Source of the DNA: Betaproteobacteria bacterium
GTDB lineage: Bacteria; Pseudomonadota; Gammaproteobacteria; Burkholderiales; SG8-39
Assembly: GCA_005881575.1 (NCBI GenBank)
Contig: VBCA01000036.1
Span: 1,710 to 65,709 of the forward strand
Length of the DNA stretch: 64,000 nt
Direction of reading: 5' to 3'
The notes under the pieces are model-generated. The model had not been told where the DNA came from and did not search any database. It saw only the letters and a list, made by a program, of their open reading frames with translations. This document shows, one piece after another, positions 1 to 11,793 of this stretch (position 1 is the first letter of the stretch; every line of letters begins with the position of its first letter). The position numbers were made by a program, and so were the translations under genes.

Positions 1-2
1 CG

Positions 3-389
3 GCGGAAGAATGCGCGCGCTACGACGAAGTCGCGCTCGACGGCCAAAAACTCTCGGTTCATGGCGATCCGCGCCTGCTGCGTCGGATGCTGCGCAATCT
101 GCTGGAGAACGCAAAACGCCACGGCGCTCCGCCGATCGAAGTGCGCGTCTCGCGCGCCGGGGACAGCGCCGAAATAGCCGTCTGCGACCACGGCGCGGGG
201 GTTCCTGAAGCCGAGCGCGAGCGCGTGTTCGACCCGTTCTATCGCCGTACGGGAACCCGAGAGACCGCAGGCGCAGGCCTGGGGCTTGCGCTGGTGCGGC
301 AGATCGCCCGGCGGCACGGGGGCGACGCGCGCTGCGCGCCCCAGAGCGGGCGAGACAGTTGCTTCATCGTAGTCCTGCCGGTTCGCTGA
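3..389 (+). CDS. Sensor histidine kinase, C-terminal HATPase_c fragment (5' end lies outside the window)
   Basis: The frame is open from the window edge. It carries an N-box LLENAKRH, a G1 box DHGAGV and a G2 box GAGLGLALV, typical of HisKA/HATPase_c kinases. Confidence 0.85.
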   Translation, partial: AEECARYDEVALDGQKLSVHGDPRLLRRMLRNLLENAKRHGAPPIEVRVSRAGDSAEIAVCDHGAGVPEAERERVFDPFYRRTGTRETAGAGLGLALVRQIARRHGGDARCAPQSGRDSCFIVVLPVR

Positions 390-409
390 GCTTAATAGGG
401 GAAATCCAG

Positions 410-823
410 ATGCGTCCCAAAACTATCGGTGCAACGTACCTGATGATCGGAGTGGTCCTCGCGGTCTTCGCCGCGGTGCTGGTGGCCGTTGTTCGGACGA
501 CGCCCGCGCCCGTTGTTCAGGGCGCGGCGCTGATCCAACCCGTGGTTGCGCTCGTTGGCCTCACCGCCATCGTGGCCCTCGCGATGGCCGTGTACCGCAA
601 TGTTGCGCTCATCCGCGGAGCGGCCTCGGCGCGTTATTTCCAGACCTACGCCGCGGAAAGCCCGGCCGAACGGGTCGAACGTCCTGCGCGCGCGTACATG
701 AATCTTCTGGAGCTTCCGGTCCTCTTCTATGTCGTGTGCCTGCTCATGCTTGCGACAAGCCGATTCGACTCCGTACAGGTTTGCCGAGCAAAATCTGAAC
801 TGGCATCTGCTAACTTGACTTGA
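410..823 (+). CDS. MAPEG-like small membrane protein, possibly C-terminally truncated
   Basis: ATG at 410 follows the kinase stop. There are three hydrophobic helices and an ERVERPARAYMNLLELPVLFY motif resembling the MAPEG loop/helix signature. The last ~20 aa are hydrophilic and encoded by locally AT-richer DNA. Confidence 0.4.
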   Translation: MRPKTIGATYLMIGVVLAVFAAVLVAVVRTTPAPVVQGAALIQPVVALVGLTAIVALAMAVYRNVALIRGAASARYFQTYAAESPAERVERPARAYMNLLELPVLFYVVCLLMLATSRFDSVQVCRAKSELASANLT

Positions 824-1000
824 CCCCGGCGTCCCTCCCTCCGACCGTATGCCGGGGTCCCGGTCGGAATGGCTACGATATCGCAGCCGGTCCCGGTCAC
901 TATCAGGAAATTCCCCGGGACGTATCAGGATTTTCGGAAAATGCTTCTTCATAATGAGCCATTTGGGCTAAGCTGTCGGCCTTTCGCATCGCAAAGCCTC

Positions 1001-2668
<1,668 letters not shown>

Positions 2669-3604
2669 GTGCGGAAATCTGTGCCGCTTCGCATCGCCAT
2701 CCCCGACATGGTCTCGCCGTCGTATTTTCCGGCGATCGCCGCGGTCGAACTCGGCTGCTTCGGCACAGAGGGGCTGGAGGCGACGATCGAGCTCCTTTTT
2801 CCGGTCACGAGAACCTATGAAGCCTTGCGCGACGGCCGGCTCGACTTCGTCGGCGGCGCCGCGCACGCAGCGCTCTACGCCTTCCGCGAGTGGACAGGTT
2901 GCAAGCTGCTTTGCGCACTCTCGCAGAACATGTACTGGTTCCTGGTCGTGCGCCGGGACCTCGGCATCGGGCGCGGCGATCTGCGCGCCCTGAAGGGGCT
3001 TCGCATCGGCGCAGCGCCCGGCCCCGCGGACGGCTTGAGGCGCATGCTCGTCGAGTCCGGAATCGACCCGGAGCAGGAAGTGAGCATCGCGCCGGTGCCC
3101 GCGACCGCAGGCGTGTCCTTCGGCTTGGCGGCTGCAAATGCGCTCGAAAAAGGTGCGGTGGACGGCTTCTGGGCGAACGGCATGGCAGCGGAAATCGCTT
3201 TGCGCAGCGGCATTGGCGCGCTCGTGATCGACGCGCGTCGCGGCGATGGGCCGAAGGCTTCGCGGCACTATACTTTTCCCGCCCTTGTCACGAGCCAAGA
3301 ATGGATCGACCGGAGCCCCGAGACGGTCGCTGCCGCGCTGCGAGCGGTCGTCGCGGCGCAGACCGCGCTGAAGCGCGATCCCTCGCTCGCCGCCGCCGCA
3401 GCGAAAAGGCATTTTCCGGCGGCGGAGCTCGCGCTTATCCCCGAGCTCGTTCGGCGCGACGCGCCGTACTACGACCCGGCGATTTCGAGGGAAGCGGTCG
3501 ACTCGCTCAACGCCTTCGCGCGCACCACCGCGCTGCTGTCGCAGGCGACGGCCTACGAGCGGGTCGTCGCGACGCAGTTCCAATCGCTGTGGAGCGGGGC
3601 CTAG
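2669..3604 (+). CDS. NMT1/THI5-like (SsuA/TauA-fold) substrate-binding-domain protein without an obvious signal peptide
   Basis: GTG start immediately after the ettA stop. The 311-aa protein has a periplasmic-binding-protein type 2 pattern (RIAIPDMVSPSYFP..., GLRIGAAPGPADG). Confidence 0.7.
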   Translation: MRKSVPLRIAIPDMVSPSYFPAIAAVELGCFGTEGLEATIELLFPVTRTYEALRDGRLDFVGGAAHAALYAFREWTGCKLLCALSQNMYWFLVVRRDLGIGRGDLRALKGLRIGAAPGPADGLRRMLVESGIDPEQEVSIAPVPATAGVSFGLAAANALEKGAVDGFWANGMAAEIALRSGIGALVIDARRGDGPKASRHYTFPALVTSQEWIDRSPETVAAALRAVVAAQTALKRDPSLAAAAAKRHFPAAELALIPELVRRDAPYYDPAISREAVDSLNAFARTTALLSQATAYERVVATQFQSLWSGA

Positions 3605-3800
3605 CCGCCCCTCCTTTCCTTGTAGGCGCGGGCGGCATTGCGTACACTCGGGGAACGGCGCTGAAGCCGACGGTCTAGGGTTTTCTCTCAGCGCCCATCA
3701 GGGCATGCCCGATTGGCCTGGCGCTCGGATATTGCTAGCCTGACTTCCTGGGGTTCGACCGGCTTCGCCCGAGGGCAGGCCAAATTCTTGGGAAGCCGCC

Positions 3801-4238
3801 ATCAGAGAGAAGACAATTCTCCTCGTCGAGGACAATTCGACCGACGAGGAATTTACGCTGCGCGCGCTGCGCAAGGCCAATCTCGCGAACGAAATTATCG
3901 TCGCCCGCGACGGCAGCGAAGCGATCGAGTTCCTCTTCTGCAGCGGCCAATACGCCGAGCGCGATCCGGCGCAGATGCCCGCGGTGGTCATGCTCGACCT
4001 CAAGCTTCCCAAGCTAAGCGGATTCGACGTGCTCAAGCGCATGCGCGCCGATCGACGCACGAAAGCCATCCCCGTCGTCGTTCTCACGTCCTCGAGCGAG
4101 GACGAAGACATGCTGAGAAGCTACGAGCTCGGAGCGAACAGCTACGTGCGCAAGCCGGTAGACTTCTCGGCCTTTGCCGCAGCGGTCGGTCAGCTCGGTA
4201 TCTACTGGGTGCTCCTCAATCAGAGGCCGCCCGGATAA
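3801..4238 (+). CDS. Single-domain CheY-like response regulator; no canonical start codon, 5' boundary uncertain
   Basis: The in-frame translation KTILLVEDNSTDEEF...VVMLDLKLPKLSGFDVL...VVVLTSS...YVRKP has the receiver residues DD, D, T and K. The frame opens after TGA 3741 and contains no ATG/GTG/TTG before the conserved beta-1 strand. ATC 3801 lies 5 nt after GGGAAG. Confidence 0.75.
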   Translation: MREKTILLVEDNSTDEEFTLRALRKANLANEIIVARDGSEAIEFLFCSGQYAERDPAQMPAVVMLDLKLPKLSGFDVLKRMRADRRTKAIPVVVLTSSSEDEDMLRSYELGANSYVRKPVDFSAFAAAVGQLGIYWVLLNQRPPG

Positions 4239-4385
4239 ACCCCGCGAGGTTCGAGCGTGCTGCGGAGGGTCGCTGGTGTTGATGTATCATGAAGCGCGTT
4301 CGCTGCTGAATTCAAGCGGGCCGGTTCGAAGCCCCGACCCGCTGCACCGGCCCTTCGCAGGTAAAGCAAAGGAAAGGATCGCGCG

Positions 4386-5402
4386 ATGAAGGCGATGGTC
4401 ATCCGCGAATTCGGGCCGCCCGAGGTGATGCGCCTCGAAGAGGTGCCGACGCCCGTGCCGGAGGCGGATGAGGTGCTCATCGAGGTCCGCGCCGTGTCGG
4501 TGAACCGCACGCTCGACCTCGTCGTGCGGGCCGGGGCGTACGCGGTGCCGGTGAAGCTCCCGCACGTGCTCGGCGTCGATCCCTCGGGCGTCGTCGCGGC
4601 GGTCGGGTCCGGCGTGAGCGCGCGCAAACGCGGCGATCGCGTCGTGACGCTGCAGTTCGTGCGCCCGCCGGCCGCGAACTCGTTTCCGGTCATACTCGGC
4701 CTGCACGTCTGGGGCGGCTACGCGCAGTACGTGAAAGTCCCGCTCGCGTGCACGCATCCGATTCCCGACGGGGTCGATTTCACGGTCGCGACCGTGGTCG
4801 CGCGCCACGCGCCGGTCGCCTTCAGCATGCTGCGCGACATCGCCGGGCTGAAATCCGGAGACTGGGTCCTCGTGATGGGCGCATCGGGGGGATTGGGCAG
4901 CGCCGGCATCCAGGTTGCGAAATACCTGGGCGCGAAAGTCGTCGCCGCGGCCGGCACCGACGAGCGCGTCAAGGCGGCGCTTGCGCTCGGCGCGGACGCC
5001 GGGATCAATTACCGCACGCAGAACCTGACCGGGGAAGCGATGCGCATCACGGAGAAGCGCGGCGTCGACGTGGTGTTCGAGAACATCGGCGACCCGGACC
5101 TCTTTCCCGGGGCCTTTGCCGCGCTCGCGCGCGGCGGCCGCCTCATCACCGCGGGCGGCCACGGCGGCGGCACCGTCCCGCTCGACGTGAAGCAGCTCTA
5201 TCTGAACCAGAACACGGTCATCGGCACGTTCGGGCGGATCGCGCCCGCCGACGTGGAGCTCGCCTTGAGCGCGGCGGCCGAGGGCCGCTACCGCGTGCTC
5301 ATCGACCGCATCCTGCCGCTCGCCGAAGCGGCTGAGGCGCACCGCCTCGTCGACGCGCGCGCCGGGATAGGCAAAGTCATCCTGCAGCCCGCCGCGTCGT
5401 GA
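4386..5402 (+). CDS. Zinc-type alcohol dehydrogenase / NADPH:quinone oxidoreductase family (MDR) protein
   Basis: 338 aa with a GroES-like N-terminus (MKAMVIREFGPPEVMRLEEVPTP) and a Rossmann motif VLVMGASGGLGSAGIQ. Confidence 0.88.
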   Translation: MKAMVIREFGPPEVMRLEEVPTPVPEADEVLIEVRAVSVNRTLDLVVRAGAYAVPVKLPHVLGVDPSGVVAAVGSGVSARKRGDRVVTLQFVRPPAANSFPVILGLHVWGGYAQYVKVPLACTHPIPDGVDFTVATVVARHAPVAFSMLRDIAGLKSGDWVLVMGASGGLGSAGIQVAKYLGAKVVAAAGTDERVKAALALGADAGINYRTQNLTGEAMRITEKRGVDVVFENIGDPDLFPGAFAALARGGRLITAGGHGGGTVPLDVKQLYLNQNTVIGTFGRIAPADVELALSAAAEGRYRVLIDRILPLAEAAEAHRLVDARAGIGKVILQPAAS

Positions 5403-6544
5403 AGCGCAGCACCGAACGTTTCCTCACCACGCACACCGGCAGCCTGCCGCGGCCGGAGGACCTGGTGCGCATGATGTATGCGAAAGAGGAGGGCGTGCCG
5501 GTCGATCCCAGGGCGCTCGGCGCGCGCATCCGCTCCGCGGTGGAGGAGATCGTGCACAAGCAGGCCGGAGCGGGCGTCGATATCGTCAATGACGGTGAGA
5601 TGTCGAAGCCCAGCTACGCCACCTACGTGAAGGATCGTCTCGCGGGTTTCGGCGGCACCGGGAATACTCTCGTGTACCAGGACCTCGCCGGGTTCCCGAA
5701 CCTCGCCAAGCGCGTGTTCGGCGATCCCGGGCGCTCGCGCCGGAAGACCCCGGGGTGCAATGCACCGATCAGCGTGCGCGACGCAGAGGCCGCGCGGGAG
5801 GACGTCGACAATCTCAAGGCGGCGGCCGGGAAGGTGAACGTGCAGGAATTGTTCATGAGCGCGGCCTCCCCGGGCGTGATCGGGCTTTTCTTCAGGAACG
5901 ACCACTACCCGAGCCAGGAGGCCTATCTTTTCGCGATCGCGGACGCGATGCGCCACGAGTATGAAACGGTCGCGAAAGCCGGCGTCGTTCTGCAGATCGA
6001 CTGTCCCGACCTCGGCATGGGCCGGCATATCCAGTATGCGGACCTTTCGCTGGAGGAATTCAAGAAGAAGGCGCGGCTGCACGTCGAGGCGCTCAACTAC
6101 GCGCTCGCGAACATTCCGCCGGAGCGGCTGCGGCTGCACCTGTGCTGGGGCAATTACGAGGGCCCGCATCACTGCGACGTGCCGCTCGCCGATATCATCG
6201 ACGTTGTCTTTACGGCACGGCCGAGCGCCATTTCCCTGGAGGCCGCCAACCCGCGCCACGCTCATGAGTGGAAAGTGTTCGAGACGGTGAAGCTGCCCGA
6301 GGGCAAGGTGTTGATCCCGGGCGTGCTCGAATCGAAGACCAATTTCATCGAGCACCCCGAGCTGATCGCCCAGCGCATCGGCCGCTACGCGAAGCTCGTC
6401 GGACGCGAGAACGTCATCGCCGGAAGCGATTGCGGCTACGGCACCTGGGTCGGCCAGGCGGCGGTGGATCCGGACGTGGTGTGGGCGAAGATGGCGGCGA
6501 TGGCCGAGGGGGCGAGGATCGCGACGAAAGAGTTCTGGCGCTAG
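5399..6544 (+). CDS. Cobalamin-independent methionine synthase (MetE C-terminal-like / UROD-fold) family protein
   Basis: GTGA overlap with the upstream gene. 381 aa beginning RFLTTHTGSLPRP, with later CWGNYEGPH and IAGSDCGYG motifs typical of the MetE-like family. Confidence 0.82.
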   Translation: MKRSTERFLTTHTGSLPRPEDLVRMMYAKEEGVPVDPRALGARIRSAVEEIVHKQAGAGVDIVNDGEMSKPSYATYVKDRLAGFGGTGNTLVYQDLAGFPNLAKRVFGDPGRSRRKTPGCNAPISVRDAEAAREDVDNLKAAAGKVNVQELFMSAASPGVIGLFFRNDHYPSQEAYLFAIADAMRHEYETVAKAGVVLQIDCPDLGMGRHIQYADLSLEEFKKKARLHVEALNYALANIPPERLRLHLCWGNYEGPHHCDVPLADIIDVVFTARPSAISLEAANPRHAHEWKVFETVKLPEGKVLIPGVLESKTNFIEHPELIAQRIGRYAKLVGRENVIAGSDCGYGTWVGQAAVDPDVVWAKMAAMAEGARIATKEFWR

Positions 6545-6546
6545 GC

Positions 6547-6828
6547 ATGCCTCTGCGCCGCTTCCTCGGGATAGTGCAGCGTGAAAGGAAGTTCCTCGGC
6601 GAGGAGTTCACGCGCACGCAGAAAATCATGCCGCTCCTCATGAAGCCGCGGAACGGCGGGCGCTGGACTCAGGAGGACAAGCGCGAGCTCGTCGAGCACC
6701 TGAAGCGCCTCTCGGGAATGGGTCCCTATGTCGCGCTTCTCCTACTTCCGGGAGGATTGGCGCTCTTGCCGCTGCTCGCGTGGTGGCTGGACCGGCGCCG
6801 CGACCGCCGGCCTCCGCCGCCGGCTTGA
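6547..6828 (+). CDS. Small hypothetical protein with a C-terminal transmembrane helix
   Basis: ATG 6547 lies 3 nt after the previous stop. 93 aa with a basic N-terminal half, the hydrophobic segment YVALLLLPGGLALLPLLAWWL and an Arg/Pro tail. GC3 is high. Confidence 0.5.
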   Translation: MPLRRFLGIVQRERKFLGEEFTRTQKIMPLLMKPRNGGRWTQEDKRELVEHLKRLSGMGPYVALLLLPGGLALLPLLAWWLDRRRDRRPPPPA

Positions 6829-6839
6829 ACCTCGGCGCG

Positions 6840-7403
6840 CTAGCGCGGCCACAGCCAACCGAAGGTGCCCGCGGTCAGGAGCGCGTAGGCCAATCCGTCG
6901 ATCGTCGACTTGATCGTGGTGCTCCACGCGCGGTGGTACCAGATCGACGCCTGCCAGAGCGCGACCGCGTATCCGATGAACGCCGTGGCGCCGACGAGCT
7001 GGAATACGCGAAGGTAGGGCGCACCGGCGGGCAGCGCGCGCCCCGCCACGTAGGCGGCGAAGAAACCGACGACCGCGCAGTAGAGAAACCAGAGGACGAG
7101 GCTTTTCGTCATCGACGGAGGACCGTTCGGTATCACCGTCAGCATCAGCACCGGGCCCTTTTCCATTTTTTCCGCAAATGCGGGAGTACGCATCTCCTGC
7201 ATGTTCGTAGGGCGGGGGACCATGTACTCGCCCGGCGGCACGGCGAGCGGGCGCAGCGCGTCCCTCAGCTTGTCCTCGTTCGGCACCTTGCGGTAGTCGC
7301 TCTTGTGCCACCAGGGCAAGGCCATGTGGATCACGGTGCTCGCGACGAAGACGATCACCGACGACAGCAGGATCGGGAGCCACAGCGCGGAAAGTCCTGT
7401 CAT
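6840..7403 (-). CDS. Conserved hypothetical integral membrane protein (about 4 TM helices)
   Basis: ATG at 7403 is preceded by GGAGG. 187 aa. The remainder of the 515-aa track ORF is antisense shadow over the aldolase gene. Confidence 0.7.
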   Translation of the reverse strand: MTGLSALWLPILLSSVIVFVASTVIHMALPWWHKSDYRKVPNEDKLRDALRPLAVPPGEYMVPRPTNMQEMRTPAFAEKMEKGPVLMLTVIPNGPPSMTKSLVLWFLYCAVVGFFAAYVAGRALPAGAPYLRVFQLVGATAFIGYAVALWQASIWYHRAWSTTIKSTIDGLAYALLTAGTFGWLWPR

Positions 7404-7426
7404 GACGGCCTCCTCTGGTGAAACAG

Positions 7427-8203
7427 CTACTCGCGGTACGAAGGATCGATAGCGTCGAGCTTCCTGATCAGCGCCGGCCATTCGAGGATGCCCAGCTTGC
7501 GGCGCACCCCGGGCTGGTACAGGTGCGATGCGTCCTCGATGATCTTGCGCGGCGGGAGCGAGATCTCGGTGTTGCAGGCGAGCGTCGTCACCTGGAGCTG
7601 GCAGGCGCGTTCCAGGCGGAAGATGTTGTCGAACGCCTGCGGGATGCTCGCGCCGACCACCAGGAGCCCGTGGTTCCTGAGGATCATCGCCTCGCGGTTC
7701 CCCAGGTCGCGCACCAGGCGCTCCTGCTCGTCCATGTTGATCGCGACCCCTTCGTAGTCGTGGTAGCCGATGTCGATGAAGCGCATCGCCGTCTGCGCGA
7801 AGGGCATCAGCCCGGCCTTCATCGCCGACACCGCCATCCCGGCGATCGTATGCGTATGGATGACGCAGTCCACCTCGTGCCGCGCGCGGTGGATGGCGCT
7901 GTGGATGATGAAGCCCGCCTTGTTGACATCGTACTCGGTCGGGTTGAAGAGGATCTTGCCGTCCAGATCGAGCTTGATGAAGCACGAGGCGTGCATCTGC
8001 TCGTAGAGCAGGCCGTAGGGATTGATGAGGAAGGCGTTGTCCTCCCCCGGGACGCGCGTCGAGATGTGGTTCGCGATCATCTCGTCCATGCCGTAGAGAT
8101 GCACGAGGCGGTACGCGGCGGCGAGATCGATGCGCTTCGCCCACTCCTCGGCGCTGACCTGCTCGCGCACGGATTTCTGTTTTTTGATGCGGGTGACGCT
8201 CAT
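7427..8203 (-). CDS. Class II aldolase/adducin-domain protein
   Basis: 258 aa with the histidine-rich metal motif VDCVIHTHT and the RNHGLLVVG motif characteristic of the class II aldolase/adducin family. Confidence 0.9.
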   Translation of the reverse strand: MSVTRIKKQKSVREQVSAEEWAKRIDLAAAYRLVHLYGMDEMIANHISTRVPGEDNAFLINPYGLLYEQMHASCFIKLDLDGKILFNPTEYDVNKAGFIIHSAIHRARHEVDCVIHTHTIAGMAVSAMKAGLMPFAQTAMRFIDIGYHDYEGVAINMDEQERLVRDLGNREAMILRNHGLLVVGASIPQAFDNIFRLERACQLQVTTLACNTEISLPPRKIIEDASHLYQPGVRRKLGILEWPALIRKLDAIDPSYRE

Positions 8204-8271
8204 CGTTCCCCCTTGGTGCTAAGCTATTGGTGTAAACAGCATAGACCAAAACCAGGTGCAGGGAGGTCTCG

Positions 8272-10881
8272 ATGACGAACCACGACCGGCATGCACGTGC
8301 CGCCCTGGATAACTCGTACCTGATCCCGCTTGGCCTGCTGCTGATTCTTTCGGGATGCGGGGGTGGCGGCGGTGGCGGCGGATCCACGTCCCCCGCGCCC
8401 GTGGTCTACACGGGAAATCAGAACCAGGCCGTAATCACGGCCGACAGCGCGAGGACGTTCGCGGCGAGCGTGGTCGGATCGGCCGCCGCGAGCATCGTCG
8501 TCGCCGGCATAGAGATCCCCCAACTGCCGGTCCCGACCTCGGGCACCGTAGCCTTGGCGCCACGCCTGAACCGCTATGTGCGCGATGCCCTGCAGCGGGT
8601 TGCCGGGCGGCTGAGCTCGCGCTCCGCGGTCGCCGGGGCGTTCAACGTCCAGGAAACCGACAATTGCGGTGTCAGCGGCACGGTTACTTTTTCGGGGACT
8701 CTGAGCGATACCACCGGAACCGGGACGCTTTCGCTCACCTTCGCTGCGTGTACGTTCAGCAAAGGCGTTCTCGACGGTCCCGCAACGCTCCGCATCGACG
8801 CGGTTGACTTCAGCACGGGCTTTCCCACGAACACGACCATGACCTTCTCGGCCCTGCAGGTCAAGACGTTGACCACAGTCACCGTTGGGGGATTCACGGC
8901 CAAGATCGCGACCCAAGACGTCACGGCCAGCGGCTCGCTGCAATCTCAGGTGACGCTCGCCACCAATCACGAATTGTTGTCGGGCCATCTTGTCACTCGC
9001 GACAACCCGAGCGGAAAGCTCCAGAAGGTCGACAACCTGGCGCTGATGATCGACTACAACAACGTATTTTCCCCATCTTACTTCAATCTGTTCGTCTTCA
9101 GCGCGCGGGTATTCGACGACGTCGCCGGGTACGTCGACGCCAGCACGCCGAACACGACGTGGTTTTTCGCTACGGTCGATCAAATCTTTCCTTCCAGGGG
9201 TGGAGCGCTAATTCTGACCGGAGCCCAAAACGCGAACGTCGCCGTCACTCCGGTTTCCGCGACTCAGGTGAGGGTGGAGGTCGATGTCGACGCGAACGGC
9301 GTTTTCGAGCTCTCGTCCACCATGCCGTGGACGGCTCTGAAGCCGCCGGCGGTCAACACTGCGCCCGTGGCTAATGCCGGGTCGAGCCGGCAGGTTCTAA
9401 AGGGTCTCTCTGCCCCGCTGGACGGCTCCGGCAGCGCGGATGCCGAGTTTGATTTCCTGACGTTCCAGTGGACTTTGGCGCAGAAGCCGAACGGCAGCGC
9501 AGCCCAATTGAGCGGCGCGACGACGGTCCATCCGAGCCTGACGCTGGACATTGCAGGAGATTACATCGTCAACCTCGTGGTGAACGACGGCAAGCTGAGC
9601 AGTACCGGTGCCTCGATCACTCTCACCGCGGTCAATGCGGCGCCAACCGCCACGGCCGACGGCCTGTTCGTCGGGTACAGCGGGATCCCGCTCGTTCTTG
9701 ACGGAAGCCGGAGCTCCGACGCGAACAACGATCCGCTGACCTTCAGTTGGAGCATCGTGCTCAAGCCCCAGGGAAGCAGCGCGGTGCTCTCCGATATCCA
9801 TTCGGCGACGCCCACCTTTACTGCCGACCTTGTTGGAATCTACCGATTCAGCCTGACGGTCAACGACGGCACGGTGAACAGCCCGCCGGTCACCGTCACC
9901 GCCTACGCGGTGGCTGCACCGGTATTTACCGCTCAGCGGCATGTGCCCGGCGACAACGCGACGATCCAGGCAGCGATCGACGGCGCTGCCCCGGGCGACA
10001 CCATCGCCGTGGAGCCTGGGACGTACCCGGGGAATCTGGATTTCCACGGCAAGAATGTGACGCTTCAAAGCACCGCGGGTGCGAGCAGAACGATCATCGA
10101 CGGTCTTAACACCACTACCGTAGTTATCGGACCGAACGGCGCAATTCTCGGCTTCACCATTCGAAACGGAGCTGCTTCTTTCGGGGCCGGCATGGAAGTC
10201 CATGGAACGGGAACCTTGATCAAGAACAATCTCTTCGACTCGAACAATCAGGGGGCCGGAGGTTTCGGGGCGGCGATCGGCGGAAACAGCGCCTCTCCCG
10301 TCATAGACGGCAACTTCTTCCGAAACAATTCCTGCGACAGTCAGTTTCTTTCAGGCGTGATTGCGTTTGTCAACGGTTCATCGCCGCTCATCACGAACAA
10401 CATCATCCAAGGCAATCCTTGCCGCGGGATCAACATGACGCTGCCCGAAGGCAGTGTGCCGCAAGTGGTCAACAACACTATCGTGTCCAATCGGGTCGGG
10501 ATACATGTCGATGCTCGCGTACATACCGTCCAGCAGATTTTCAGAAACAACATCATTGTAGGCAATGACGTCGGGTTGGAGGTCGTGTTTGGGAATGGCT
10601 CAACGGATCCGACTTGGCAGAACAATTTGGCGTTCGGAAACGGCAAGAACTACGACGGCATTGCCGATCAGACAGGTGTGGCCGGCAACATCTCAGGGGA
10701 TCCGTTATTCGTCGATCAGGCCAGCCTCGTTTTCGACCTGAACGCTGGATCGCCCGCGATCGATCAGGGAACCGGGACGGGCGCGCCAAGCACCGATTTG
10801 CTTGGAAGATCGCGGCCCGTCGACGGCAACCGAGACGGTAGCCAGCTGTGGGATATCGGTGCTTTCGAATTCCAGCCCTGA
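8272..10881 (+). CDS. Large lipoprotein with two PKD/Ig-like repeats and a C-terminal right-handed beta-helix (PbH1) region
   Basis: GGGAGG RBS and a lipobox LILSGC followed by a poly-Gly linker. There are two ~93-aa repeats (...[19 protein letters not shown]... and ...[19 protein letters not shown]...). These are followed by repeated NN-I-xGN beta-helix turns and a GDPLFVD...WDIGAFEF tail. Confidence 0.85.
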   Translation: MTNHDRHARAALDNSYLIPLGLLLILSGCGGGGGGGGSTSPAPVVYTGNQNQAVITADSARTFAASVVGSAAASIVVAGIEIPQLPVPTSGTVALAPRLNRYVRDALQRVAGRLSSRSAVAGAFNVQETDNCGVSGTVTFSGTLSDTTGTGTLSLTFAACTFSKGVLDGPATLRIDAVDFSTGFPTNTTMTFSALQVKTLTTVTVGGFTAKIATQDVTASGSLQSQVTLATNHELLSGHLVTRDNPSGKLQKVDNLALMIDYNNVFSPSYFNLFVFSARVFDDVAGYVDASTPNTTWFFATVDQIFPSRGGALILTGAQNANVAVTPVSATQVRVEVDVDANGVFELSSTMPWTALKPPAVNTAPVANAGSSRQVLKGLSAPLDGSGSADAEFDFLTFQWTLAQKPNGSAAQLSGATTVHPSLTLDIAGDYIVNLVVNDGKLSSTGASITLTAVNAAPTATADGLFVGYSGIPLVLDGSRSSDANNDPLTFSWSIVLKPQGSSAVLSDIHSATPTFTADLVGIYRFSLTVNDGTVNSPPVTVTAYAVAAPVFTAQRHVPGDNATIQAAIDGAAPGDTIAVEPGTYPGNLDFHGKNVTLQSTAGASRTIIDGLNTTTVVIGPNGAILGFTIRNGAASFGAGMEVHGTGTLIKNNLFDSNNQGAGGFGAAIGGNSASPVIDGNFFRNNSCDSQFLSGVIAFVNGSSPLITNNIIQGNPCRGINMTLPEGSVPQVVNNTIVSNRVGIHVDARVHTVQQIFRNNIIVGNDVGLEVVFGNGSTDPTWQNNLAFGNGKNYDGIADQTGVAGNISGDPLFVDQASLVFDLNAGSPAIDQGTGTGAPSTDLLGRSRPVDGNRDGSQLWDIGAFEFQP
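9355..9903 (+). repeat. Two tandem PKD-like domain repeats inside the 8272..10881 gene (protein-level repeat)
   Basis: Repeat 1 is NTAPVANAG...ITLTAV and repeat 2 is [10 protein letters not shown]...VTVTAY. They share D-x-S-x-S-x-D...L-T-F-x-W and D-Y/I-Y...L-x-V-N-D-G motifs. Confidence 0.75.
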
Positions 10882-10977
10882 TTCGGGTTTCAAGCTCTAC
10901 GTTTCAGCTGACGTCGCGCAGTGCGCGCCCGAGGTTCCGTAGCGTTTCCTATTCACATTAGCCAGCACGTGACGAAT

Positions 10978-11496
10978 ATGGCCTATCACCGCCTCGCTGC
11001 TGTACTACTCGGAACAGGGGCGCTCTTGGCTCACTTCGGTTGCACGGCGCAGAAATCTATTCCCGAATACAGCATCAAGTTTGAGAATCCTCCAATCGGC
11101 TCCCATATTCGGCGCGATGCTATGCGAGGTTCTCCGATACCCATCAACAGGAGCTATCACGAACTTACACCCGAGCAACGAGCTACCGTGCATCGCTGGT
11201 ACGAGAACATCGCCCCGGGTGACGAACCTCCGTTTCCGTTGGATGGTCTGAAACCAGTTCACGATGCGGTTCGGAAAGTACAGGCCAAACTCCTGGTCGC
11301 TGGCGAGTTATTTCTCATCGCGACTGTCGAAGCCAACGGGGAAGTTGCGCAGGTTAAAGCGATCGGCTCGCCCAGCCCTGAAATGACCAAGTTCGCAAGC
11401 ACTATCGTACTACTTACGAAATTCAAACCCGCCGTTTGTGCTGGCCGCCCGTGCAAGATGGACTTCCCCTTGTGGTACAGCTTTCGCGTTGAGTGA
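10978..11496 (+). CDS. TonB C-terminal-domain-like lipoprotein
   Basis: ATG 10978, signal peptide with LAHFGC. The C-terminal portion LLVAGELFLIATVEANGEVAQVKAIGSPSPEMTKFASTIVLLTKFKPA resembles the TonB_C fold pattern. GC is visibly lower than in the flanks. Confidence 0.6.
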   Translation: MAYHRLAAVLLGTGALLAHFGCTAQKSIPEYSIKFENPPIGSHIRRDAMRGSPIPINRSYHELTPEQRATVHRWYENIAPGDEPPFPLDGLKPVHDAVRKVQAKLLVAGELFLIATVEANGEVAQVKAIGSPSPEMTKFASTIVLLTKFKPAVCAGRPCKMDFPLWYSFRVE

Positions 11497-11793
11497 TGGT
11501 GGCTAACGTTTCGCTTCAGCCGGCAGCTACAGCGGCTCATCCACACGGTTCTTGTCCTTGGGAGCATTTTCACCCCCGTTTGCGGTTTCCTTGCGGGATT
11601 CGTAATCGCCAAGATAGGACAGCGCGCAGCGCCTGGAGCTGCGCTTGTCCTGGTGCTCCTCATCGCAGTGGAAACCACTTACCTGTTTGTCCACCGGCGG
11701 GTCGACAGGCCGCTCTGGTTCGAGGCGGGCGCGGGAGTTGCATTGGCGATCGCGGTCTTCCTCGGCGCTTGGCTCGGGGCACCGAAGCACTAG
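11497..11793 (+). CDS. Possible start-less 3-TM ORF, in frame directly behind the TGA of the TonB_C-like gene (readthrough extension, nonsense-split gene or artefact)
   Basis: My hand translation of frame 1 gives WWLTFRFSRQLQRLIHTVLVLGSIFTPVCGFLAGFVIAKIGQRAAPGAALVLVLLIAVETTYLFVHRRVDRPLWFEAGAGVALAIAVFLGAWLGAPKH. It has three hydrophobic helices separated by basic loops. The first canonical start is GTG 11653. The track ORF 11527..11799(-) is its exact codon-aligned antisense. Confidence 0.3.
   Translation, partial: WWLTFRFSRQLQRLIHTVLVLGSIFTPVCGFLAGFVIAKIGQRAAPGAALVLVLLIAVETTYLFVHRRVDRPLWFEAGAGVALAIAVFLGAWLGAPKH

Noticed and set aside
3745-3775. A GGTTCGA T-loop-like string (gggGTTCGAccgg) in the intergenic region, suggesting a tRNA.
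   Set aside because: The flanking bases do not form a T-stem (cctgg versus ccggc are not complementary). No acceptor or anticodon arms can be drawn.
8358-8383. A GGN simple repeat (ggg ggt ggc ggc ggt ggc ggc gga).
   Set aside because: It is in frame inside the lipoprotein gene and encodes the Gly8 linker directly after the lipobox Cys. It is not a non-coding microsatellite or a CRISPR-like repeat.
6840-8387. A single 515-aa ORF on the minus strand.
   Set aside because: Only the last 187 codons (from ATG 7403, behind GGAGG) look like a real membrane protein. The upstream portion is an alternate-frame read-through across the class II aldolase gene, which has its own convincing frame at 7427..8203.
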